Below are positions 51,730-62,096 of a DNA stretch of 64,000 bases, in pieces (position 1 is the stretch's first letter; every line of letters begins with the position of its first letter). The translations under genes and the position numbers were made by a program. The stretch is from Moniliella sp. 'wahieum' (taxonomy: Eukaryota). The stretch is taken from the NCBI GenBank assembly GCA_003971905.1, contig RSEE01000046.1, positions 310,001 through 374,000 on the forward strand. Reading direction: 5' to 3'. The notes under the pieces were generated by a model, which did not search any database, was not told the origin of the DNA, and saw nothing but the letters and a program-made list of their open reading frames with translations.

Positions 51730-51747
51730 TGACGTAATGTTATGTAA
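51730..51747 (+). promoter_or_regulatory. Adjacent bZIP-type sites (TGACGTAA, TTATGTAA) upstream of GLO1
   Basis: About 190 bp upstream of the ATG at 51926. CRE/ATF-like consensus. Confidence 0.4.
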
Positions 51748-51925
51748 GACCGGTCCTCCAGCGTCGTGCGACATCCGTGCACACAGCCCTCCAATGCCCA
51801 CCCCAGTGGGCTCTCGAAGCGCCCAGTGGAAGCGTTGGACGTGAGCGGCGCGGCCCACACCACCACCACCACCACCACCACCACCACTACAACCAACAGT
51901 CCTGCCGACCCGGCCCTCGCCCACA

Positions 51926-52452
51926 ATGGACCCTCGCACATCCTTCCGCTTCAACCACACCATGATCCGGGTCAAGGACCCTAAGGTGTCGCTCGCCTTT
52001 TACCAGGACGTGTTGGGCATGGACCTGCTGCGCGAGTCTGACAACGGCTCCTTTGTCCTCTACTTCCTGGGGTACAAGCATGGACCGCAGGAAGCCTCCG
52101 TTTTTGCTCGTGAGGCTGTCCTCGAGCTCACCTGGAAAAGGGGACCGAGAAGGAGGAGGGCCAGGTATACGTGAACGGCAACGAACAGGAGAAGCAGGGC
52201 TTTGGCCACATTTGCATTTCTGTTGACTCGCTCGAGGAGGCTGTGAAGCACTTTGACGCGCATGGCGTACGCTTTAAGAAGGTACGTTTCCTCCTCATCC
52301 TATACCCCACCCCCGATGCCCCTTGTGTGAGCTGGGAAACCTGACCGCTCCTCTCTGCTCCAGCGCCCGGAGGACGGACGCATGCGCAACATTGCCTTCA
52401 TCTACGACCGGACATGTACTGGGTGGAGATTGTGGAAGCCAAGCGGAGCTAA
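51926..52452 (+). CDS. GLO1: Lactoylglutathione lyase (glyoxalase I), single-unit form
   Basis: FNHTMIRVKDP, VLELTW, GN...GFGHICISVD, intron 52282-52363, then GRMRNIAFIYD...YWVEIV. Two frameshifts. Confidence 0.95.
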
Positions 52453-53884
52453 TCATTAATGTCTTAGTCTTTGATTAAGGCATGTTACCTCATCTTGTTG
52501 CTGTTCTTCTTTCTCGTGCGTCAGCGTGCAACCCAAGAGGGAGAAAAGCAGGACAATCAGCACCTGGGTGCACAATGCACTAGCATGACAGTCCCATGCC
52601 TGATCCAAACAATTGTATGAATGATGGAATGCGTCTCCATCTGACACTCCCATATAAGGAGGGCACAGGCCGGCAAGTTTTATCCTAGGGGGAGTAGGTT
52701 TATGAGGAGGAAGAATTTTCTTAAGGCGGCGATTTCCCACGGCGCTTCACTAGCCACTCTCGCCCACTCCTGGGGAAAGGTGTAGGTCAATAGGAGTGCC
52801 CTGTCACCTAAAAGGCGTGTCAGGCCTGCCTCGATGAGGTTCTTGGCTTGATGGGTGGGGGAGCTTGTGTGCCGCAAGTGCGGCGGCACACGCGTGGCGT
52901 CTTACGGGACTGTGGTGGATATAACGTCGCGGCAGCCTCCGCGCCAGTACACATTGGGTGTGTCTGTGTGTGTGGTCCCCGTTGTGACCGCAGTGCAGCA
53001 ACATCTCAGAACCTCATGGCTGGTGGGGCCGGCGAGGGGGCGCAGAAGCGCGTCGGGGTCTGCAACGAGTGGGAGGACACTTGTAGGCCAGTGTGGACTA
53101 GTTGGCTCATGGGAAGCAAAAGACCCTGGCGCCACCTTCTGTGCCCCTGACCGCCTCACTCCCCCGCCCCCCGGCCCAGACACGCGGCAACAGCAATTAA
53201 GCGGCGCAGCCGCCCTTGAGCCAGTCCCGCCAGTCGCTCTTCGCAACAACGCATTGCGCCCTCGGCTCTCGTCCTCCCTCCCTGCGCCCAGGTCCACACC
53301 CCGCAACCCCCCACCCCGCCACCACCCTGGAATCTGTGGGGCCCGGGGTACATAAATATCAACATAACTATACGTCCTGGCTCCTCAGCAAATCTCTCCC
53401 CCGGCAGCACCCATCTTCCCACACATACACCCCGCTGCATCTGCGGCGGCGGCGTTGGCGGCGGCAACGCCAAAAGCTACGCCAATGTAGGGGCGCAGGC
53501 AGGCGCGCGGTTGCAGCGGCCCTCATGTGCCTTAGGGCGTCAGCGTCACTAGTCAAGCTAGTCACTCGTGACTTGAAGCTTCACTAGTTCACTAGTCAGA
53601 TAGTCACTAGTCACTCTTGCTCTCTTGAGACATCTCCCCGCACATCCCTCCGCAAATAAGTGTCAGGACAGGATCATACGATGCATTCCACAACGACGTC
53701 ATTATATGGCCGCTTGCCCTCGCGCTTTCTTCTCCTTGTGCCCCTGATCGATGTGGGCGGTGCCGACCAGCCAACGAAAGTCCTTACCCCCCGCCCATAG
53801 ATGTCTGATGACTAGATGGCTAGATGGCTATACCGACCCGCTGGGTATCCCACCTCCTGTGTCCACATCGGCCCTGGCCAGCGT

Positions 53885-53895
53885 TATATATATAA
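53885..53895 (+). promoter_or_regulatory. TATA box (TATATATATAA) of the alanine aminotransferase gene
   Basis: About 80 bp upstream of the ATG at 53974. Confidence 0.6.
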
Positions 53896-53973
53896 GCACC
53901 TCTGGCCCACCGCCACATCCCCTCTCATCCCGAACCCCCGCTTCTCCTCTTGTCACTGTCCAACGTTTTCCCC

Positions 53974-55581
53974 ATGTCTGCTACCAAGCACGAGCCCGTC
54001 CTTACGCTCCAGAGCATCAACCCAGCCGTGCGCGAGGCCCAGTACGCCGTTCGGGGTGAGCTGGCTGTGCGTGCGCAAACGTATGCTGAGCGGCTTGCCA
54101 AGGCACATGCCGCAGGCAAGACGGACAATGATGGTCTCCCTTTTGACTCGGTTGTCTACTGCAACATTGGCAACCCTCAACAGCAACCTGCCTTGGCTCA
54201 GCCTCCTCTCACCTTTTGGCGCCAGGTCGCTGCTCTCACCGAGCTTCCTGATTTGATTACCAACCCCGCCCTGGTCAGCGCAGGTGTTTTCCCCTCGGAT
54301 GCCATCCAGCGCGCAAAGGACATCCTGCTGATGTCGGCTCCGTTGGGGCCTACTCCCAGTCCATGGGTGCTAACACCATTCGCCAACACGTGGCCGAGTA
54401 TATCACGGGTGCGTCTCATGTCTATCCGTTAGGCTCCGGTTATATACCGCCTACTAACTATTATTCTGCCTACTCTTCCCCCCCTCCCCCTCCCTCTCCA
54501 GAGCGCGACGGACACGCCGCATCGCCCAATCACATTTTCCTCACCGCTGGGGCATCTGCCGGTATCCAACTTATTCTTCAAGTCCTGATTTCTTCCCCCA
54601 AGGTGGGGGTAGCGATCCCCATCCCTCAATACCCTCTCTACAGCGCCTCGTTGCGTGTGCTTTCGGCTCATCCGGTGCGCTACCAGCTGAACCCAGACAA
54701 GGAATGGGAGTTGGATGTGCCCCTTCTCGAGACGGAGGTAGACAAGGCGGCTGCGGAGGGGATCGATGTTCGTGCGGTGGTGGTGATCAACCCGGGAAAC
54801 CCGACGGGCATCGTCATGTCGTACGACAACATTTTGGATGTTCTCCGTCTTGCGCACAAGAAGCGTCTGGTCGTCTTTGCTGATGAAGTGTACCAGCCCA
54901 ACATTTACACGCCAACCGACCGTTTGTTTCGTTCAAAAAGGTCCTCCTGGACCTTTCCAAGTCGTCTGACCCGGCCGACCAAGCGATTGCCAAGGAGGTG
55001 GAACTGGCTTCGTTCCACTCCATCTCCAAGGGCTTCTCGGGCGAATGCGGTCGGCGAGGTGGCTACTTTGAATTGACCAACTTTGATCCGGTTGTGCAAG
55101 CCCAGATTTATAAGATGGCTTCCATCAGTCTCTGCCCGCCGCTCCAGGGCCAGATCGGGGTAGACATTATGGTCAAGCCTCCCAAGGAGGGAGAACCGTC
55201 GTACGAGCTGTGGGTCAAGGAACGCGAGGCCATCATGGACACGCTCCGGTCGCGCTCGCGTAAAATGCAAAGTGCTTCCATGCTCTGCCGCGCATGGCGT
55301 GTGGTGAAGCGCAAGGCAGTATGTACCTCTTCCCTGAGGTCGACTTGCCCAGCCAAGCCATTGCGGCCGCCGAGCAGGCCGGTCGCAAGCCTGATGAATT
55401 TTATTGCTTCTCCCTGCTGGATGCGACTGGGATCTGTGTCATTCCAGGATCGGGATTTGGCAAGGACCCTACCACCTCAGGACGCATGTTCTTCCGCACT
55501 ACCTTCCTCGCCAAAGAGTCCGACGCGTTCGTCGACCGCTTTAGTAAATTCCACCGCGACTTTATTGCCAAGTACGAGTGA
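53974..55581 (+). CDS. ALT1: Alanine aminotransferase
   Basis: AQYAVRGEL, NIGNPQQ, IPIPQYPLYSA, INPGNPTG, ADEVYQ, PLP lysine SFHSISKG..GECGRRGGY, PGSGFG and FRTTFL. Intron 54409-54501. Confidence 0.96.
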
Positions 55582-55610
55582 GAGACCAAGGCTCACTCGC
55601 TCTCTCTCCA

Positions 55611-55650
55611 CTCTCGACTCTTGGGCTCTCGACTCTTGGGTTCTCGCCTC
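55611..55650. repeat. 15-bp tandem repeat (CTCTCGACTCTTGGG) x~2.6 in the ALT 3' region
   Basis: Read directly from the sequence. Confidence 0.85.
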
Positions 55651-56457
55651 TTTCCTCCCTGTATCTATCGCACTTCGAACTGCTCTCCATGTGTCCACCC
55701 ATATGCCAGTGCTCATGATCTCATCTTTGCTCTGAATGAACCCACCTTTGTTTCACCCTCACCGCAGCAGGCACTGTGGCATCCCAACTGGCACAACGGA
55801 ACTGAGGTTTTGCGTAGACCGTGGTAATCTATAGATGGTCTTGTACAGGACGGGCTTTAAGCTTTAGTAGCCACCCCACCCTCGACCTCTCTCATTTCTA
55901 CTAGCAACGCAACCAACGTGCGATCAGACCGACGCAACGCAGCAGTCGCACCACGAGTCCGTAAGTACTGCCGAGAGTCCTTGCGCGCCGGCCCACTCTC
56001 CCTTTCGATCCTCTTGACACATGAGCTTGATCCAGATGCTGTAGGCGATCGAAAAACCCGGCGCCATATCTGCCTATCATATATCACCAGCCATCAGTGC
56101 ATCAGCCACCTCCACTCCAGAGCGACAGAGAATCCATAACCAGACACCAAAGGTTCAAATGCGACAGAAGGACCGGGACGTGAGATGAGCATGGGAAACA
56201 GGATGCGTAAGGGCGACAAAAGAAACAAGCGATGAAATCCAAGATGACCGGGGAGAAGGGTGGGAAGAACATATCAAGAGGGCGAAGAGACACAAACAGT
56301 TCATCGCCAACAAAAGTCCCAAGTATAGTAACAGGGTATCAACCGAACCGGGAAGCCGAGAAGGGAGAGTGAGAAGCGGTAAGTGGGAAGCGGTAAGCGG
56401 TAAGCGTGAGGGGGAGCGCAAATAAACGCGTGGTCTTTTTCCATTCCCATACCCTTG

Positions 56458-58986
56458 TCATGTCGAACCAACCAAACGCACGAACGAACGGGCAAGCCCG
56501 TATCGTAAACAGGCGGGACAGGGTACAAAGTAAAGACCACAGTCGGTGAGGGTGGCGGGGGGCTCAGGCGCCAAGCAGAATGGGCGTTTCCTGACCTGGA
56601 AGCCGACCTGCCTGCTCTTGGGCAGGAACAGGAAGGGGAGTCGACGCGGCTGGCGCAACAGTCTGGTGAGACGGACGGGAGAGGAGATGGGTATCCACGT
56701 CCATGGGGGACAGGACCGTGCGCGCTGACAAGGCCGAGCGCAACCGAGGGGTTGACGGCCACCAAGGCGGATGACGCTAGGTCCCACACTTGCACTATCG
56801 CATGTCGAGCTGGATGGCCATCGACCCGCACGCTGAACAGGTATGCAGCACTGGGAGTGAGCGCTACGGCCGCACAGGGCCGGCCGGGCAAACGCCATAC
56901 AGCCGTGCAGCATTTGGTCCTGCGCGGCACGGTACAGCGAGAGGCTCAAGGTCGTTGCGGCTGCTTGGCCCTGAGCGTCCCGGTTGAGGCTAAATTTGCG
57001 CACTTTGCCTTTGGGCCCCATACCAGGTCGCCCGTCGCTGGCTCGGTGCCATCGCCGGAGCGCAGCCAACGGGGCTGGTGCCAGTCCCGACGGTCGGCGA
57101 GAGACGGAACGGGACGTGCGGCGCGACATGGAGGCAAACGAGGATCGCCGCGACAAGGGTTGCATCGAGGGAAGACGCTGCGTCATGGTCAATGCTAGCG
57201 AGGTGGCCGCGGCGCCCGGGGTGGGGGGGGCAGTGGTACGGCCCGAAGGCGCAGGGGCCAGCGGAAGCGGTGTGGGTGCCGACGGGGGCGGGCAGGCTGA
57301 GATTGGGGCAATGGGGGCAAAGGGAATTACACTGGTGCTCTTTTGGCCATACGGCCGCTTGGCCGCGCTCATGTCCACAACACGAACTTGGCTGGGACTG
57401 GTAGCGTTGTAATAGTCCACCAACAGCGTCCGTCCAGTGGGGGACACGTACAACCCGCGACCTTGGCACAGGGACAGCTGGGCGTGCCCGTCCCTGGCCA
57501 GTACGTTGGCACGCCATCAGAATCGTCATCGTGCCAAAGTCAGCATCACTACCAAAGGCTGCAAGGCACAGAGGCATCGGACGAAGCCGTTCCTTTCTCT
57601 CACGCTTCTCTCCCTCTCTCCTCTCCCTCTCCCTTGTTAAGAGGGCTAAAGACGGTGAACAGCCGCGGATAATCAGAATCCCCCGACCCGTCGCGATCAA
57701 AATTGCATCCGTTGTTGGATCGCGAGCAAAGACAGTGCCGAACGGAGTCATGCGACCCACGGGGGACCTTGGACAATCCGTGCCTCGGGAGCTACCCGAG
57801 ACGCCACCGGAACAGAAGCATCGAAAACAGCCGTCCAAAGTCGGCTCCGTACCAAGGAGCGACCCCGAGCAGTGGCCTCCCCAGCGACCAAACCAATGTC
57901 GCTACCCCCCCTTGCTTCTGGGGACGGCGGAAGACAAACAGATCATCCCAGGTGGCAGGCGGCCAGCCTTGCCTGCCGGATGGGATTAGAGTAGCAGAAA
58001 GGTAGATGTATTGGTCGTCATAATCAAGCGACCGAGGCAACAGCGTGTCATGACAGGAAGAGTGCATCGTCAATGAGAATGGTATTGGTGCACTCCATCG
58101 TCTCCAAGTCCCATTGGACAAAGGTGCGTCCCCCCGCCAGGATGGCAGCCGAGGTGGCGTGCATTTTGAGCAGGTTGCGGTAGCTGTGTTCCAGCCCCTC
58201 GGGCATGGGAAGTTCCCCCACGTGCACAAAGTTGCCACGTTGACCCGGAAACGGGTCAGCACGGAAAACATCAACTTGGCAGGTATCCCATCCCCAGACG
58301 TGAGCCGTGAGAATGAACTGATCCCCATCCGAGTCGACCGCAGCGACCAGGGGGACGGTGCAGCCGGGTCGGCAGCAGCAGCCCACGTGTCATCCTCCAC
58401 CTGCGCTGGAAGCGAGGGAGGGGGCGCACCCCAGAGAAGCTCTTGGGATTGGGTATCGACGACCCAGACATCGCCTTGAACCCCGGGCACCAACAAGGCC
58501 TGGTGGCGGGGCAAGGGGATGATGTGGCGTTGGAGGCGGTTGCGAGCGATGCACTCGCGGAAGGTGGCAACAAGATCCTCGGATGGGCCTCCGATGGCAG
58601 CCTCGGTCGACTGCGGGCCATAGAGCGAGACGACATGGCGGACCGCGGGCAAGGGGACGGGGACTCGGGCGTGGCGAGCGAGGCCGGTACCCCACTGGCG
58701 GGCGAGTACATGACGAAGGGAGACGAGGGCGCGCCAGGAATGCACCGAGGCAAAGGCACCCGTCTCGTCGTGGTGGTGGATGCAGGCGCGTGGGCCTTGA
58801 GCGGGGGCGGACGGGGGCGGGAGGAGGCGGTTGCGCTTGGCGAGGTTGTACCAGGCGGGCTCGGACATGGCAATGGCGTACCAGGCCTTGGACACCCGCG
58901 GCCGCAGCGACGTCGGCGGGGGACAGGACGCCGCAGGCGAGGACATCGCAGGCGACGTCGAAGGGGAGGGTGCTGAGGACGTCCAT
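56458..58986 (-). CDS. F-box protein with probable beta-propeller-like C-terminal region; 3' end uncertain
   Basis: MDVLSTLPFDVACDVL...LSPADVAAAAGVSKAWYAIA....W is an F-box pattern. Later beta-strand-like segments include FVQWDL, LDYDDQYIYLS and VQVWDL. Frameshifted. Confidence 0.7.
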
Positions 58987-61285
58987 GGCAAGGGAGGGGA
59001 TGGGGGGGGCAGAGCCGGGGCGTGCGGGGATCTTTTATTGCAGGCAGAGCAAGACTGGCGCGGGGCAGAGGAGAGGAGGCCCCGACGGTGCGGAGAGCTC
59101 CGAGATCACGCGTGGGCAGCCGAGCGCTGAGGCGCAGTGCGCATGCCTGATGCATGCAAGGGACGGGAGGGCGCACTTTGAGCTGTGTGTGAGCGCTGCC
59201 AGACTCTGCCAGTGCTCTGCTCTGCGCCCAGCATGCGCCTCCCAGGGCGCCCACGGCACACGCAGGCGCTGCCCTCCCGTGCCGCTGCGCCAGCCCCACA
59301 AACAGCGATCCAGCAGCGGCGCCCTGGGGCGCGCCTGCCGTCCAGATCAGATGGAGCGCTGCGCAATGCTCACCGGTCAGTACTCTCCTTGAGCTTGACC
59401 AGACTCGGTGCATGCATGCATGCCATGCGACCGATGACCAGCACCTGCATGGCTCGCCCCGCGCCACCGCTCTCCAGCGCCCCTGTGCCACCACGTGCCG
59501 CCCACCTGGCTAGCCCCAAGCCCAAGCCCCAAGGCGCACCTATCAAGTCGCCACTGCGTTATTCGCCCCCCCAACCCATCCCCGCGTACGCCCAAGTCGT
59601 CTGGGCCACCCCGCCCGCCGCCTGCGACACACAGACCCCGACACATCCCGACACTCACCCCCTGGCGGAGCAGCCACGGCAGCAGCCTCGTTGGTCTTCG
59701 CTAGCCAGCGCCTCCCGCTGTGGCCGCCACCGCCCGCCCACGTGACGCATGACGCATGATCGCAGCACAGCAGTGTTCCCCGCATGGCCGCGGGCGGAAT
59801 GAGACAGGTGCGCAGGCTGGCAACGTGGCTGGTGTGCTGTTTTTTTTTCCACCCGCCACAGGGGCAGCCAGTGGCAGGCCACGAGGAGAGGATTGGATAT
59901 TGGTGGGTGTGGTGCTGGTGCACTCTGGTGCACTGGTCAATACTGGTGGGCGTCGGCTCCGCGTCCCACACCAGTCCACCCCCACTATGTACGACTGCGG
60001 ACAAGAGGATTTTCTCCCGCAGCCACACCAGGCCAAACCCACCCCATAAGGCGCCGATCAGAGGCCATGGTATTGCGATCGATGAGCGCCATCGCACCTC
60101 TTCTCTCCTGCGCGCCCAGTCCCCTCAGTCGTTTGGACAATGCCCCCTCTTTTGCACATGATCGAGATCGTCGATGATCTTCGCTTAGGATTCTGTAACC
60201 AACGTCCAACCCCCCCCCCCAAATCCCGACCCCAGCGGACCACGACTTGAGTGCTACTATAAACAGAAGTGTGATGCGGGTCCAATCGTCAAACCCTCAT
60301 CTCCGCGCCGCTGTCAGCACTTTTCTTGCCCACATCATGCATCATCGTTCATCTCTACTTGTCTACCACGAACAGCAACATGGAACGGAGAGCCTCTGTG
60401 CACACCACCACAATACCATCCCCGCCAATAGCTGAAATCAGGACAGATTCGGTCTCGCATCACACGTCTCGATTATCTTCATCTGCAGTATCCATCTTTT
60501 CCATCCAGCCTCTTTTAAGTTCTACTGTGTGTCTCCTCCAGGGCGGGCAAGCTCTTTCGTTGCGTCTCTAGCTGCGCTAGTCCTCATGATAGTTGTACAG
60601 AGAAGATGCGAGAGAAACCGTGATACATGCAGTGGGCCTGCACCGTAATCACCACCCCAAAACCATTCTTGGGACATCAACCACTTCCGTTCCAAAACGG
60701 GGTATACAGGCCATTGGCGCATATTCCAAAACAGGGTGGGCAGCTGCTGTTGTGTAAGTCCTGTACATTCGATGGTACCGCTAGTAACTATCGTAAGGAG
60801 TTGAGTGAGAAAATCGTGCACCACAAATGGTAATAGGAAGAGAGATCTTCAGTGTTTTGATCGTTGATCCGCCGGATGGGTCGTGTGTGGCCGAAAGGTC
60901 CCTTATTCTCAGTCTCTCCCTCCTCAGGCCCACTAGTAGGATTTTCTCGCTTCTGTTTTCCCTGTTCCGCAGCACCTGGTGACAACTGGATGCTTGATGT
61001 CCCTCTGTAGGTTTGTTGGTTGACTTGGATCACCACTGCCACCGCTGCCACCGCTGCCACCCCTACCACCACTAGTGCGATTGCATCACCCTCGAGGATC
61101 ATCTGGACTCCAGTTCTCATCATTCAGGCTTGGGTAAACACAAAACAACATGTGGTATGCGGCAACATAAGAGAGAAAAACCTCCTAATAGTGACAGCAA
61201 CAAGCATATAGGTGGGGGAGGAAATTAGGGGAGAGAGTAAGGATGATACAGATCAGATGAGTCTCTCGATTATTACACTGCTGAA

Positions 61286-62096
61286 TTAGTCTTCAAAGCC
61301 TTCCAGTTCAGCCTCCTCCTCTGCAGTGCGTCGTCGTTTGGCAATCCGGCTGTGGGGGTTGACAGCCGGACTGGCAATTTCTACCGATCGCTGCACCGGC
61401 CGAGGGGGGGCAAGCGAGGAGTTGAAAGTTCCGCGCGAACGACCTGGGCGCGAGACAGAGGCACTGCTAGTTCCTTGGAGCAAACTTCGCGTCTTGCGTA
61501 AGCGCTCTGCTGCTCGGCCAACTTTTGGTTCATCAGCTGCGCAGCACTGCCTCCTTCTGGTTCCTAAAGCAAAACGAACAAAGTAAGCAAGGTGGGGGTG
61601 GAGAGGGTCAGCAGTAGGCTTCGCCAAGTTGAGCGGGGGGGGCAAGCAAGACCAAGACCAAGACTTACGAGCCAAGCTGCCATCCTTGCCTCGGAATCAG
61701 CCTCGCTTTCCCGCAAGGGGAACAGGGCCAGTCGAAGATCCTTTCCGTTCCTAGTCACATTAAGGGTGCCTCCACCCCCATCGCGAGGGGAGGTCAAGGT
61801 CAGTTTCACCCCGCCTGGGTGCCACACTTCTTGTAGCGAACGCGGCCTCCACTCGTCCCCATCCACAGTGGCCGCCAGATCTGGGCTTAGGGCGGAAAGT
61901 GTACGCGGTATGCGTAACACAACGATCCGTGTTGGTCCGCCCGGTGAGGGGGGCGCTACTTTTTCGTCCTCTGCCTTGATGGATGGTGACACATCAGGTG
62001 GCGTGAACGCGAGCAAAGCCAGCCGCAACTCCCTGGTGCCGAGCCCGGGTCGCTGGGACCCCGAAGGGTGGTGCGAATGCTCCGTACAACGCTCAT
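61286..62096 (-). CDS. Orphan protein resembling PAXX (XRCC4/XLF superfamily)
   Basis: ATG 62096 (or 62207), clear intron 61564-61668 (GTAAGT..CTGAC..TTTAG), stop at 61286-61288. Beta-rich head ending VKLTL...LRLALFPLRESEA, then a helical/coiled-coil segment, a disordered linker and the tail SPAVNP...KRRR...GFED. Needs ~2 inferred frameshift corrections. Confidence 0.55.

Noticed and set aside
52456..53400. Zinc-finger ORF (CRKCGG) or mobile-element relic downstream of GLO1
   Set aside because: A single CxxC with no partner motif or other support.
13152..55581. Pyruvate/carbonyl metabolism gene cluster (ALDC, ALDH, GLO1, ALT)
   Set aside because: The genes are spread over more than 40 kb among unrelated housekeeping genes, with no shared regulator or transporter.
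242..58986. Mass pseudogenisation or programmed frameshifting
   Set aside because: The breaks hit essential genes and fall in short homopolymers while the residues stay conserved, which is typical of consensus error.
60440..61260. Gene or transposon fragment between the F-box and PAXX-like genes
   Set aside because: Only short ORFs without identifiable motifs, so no call can be supported.
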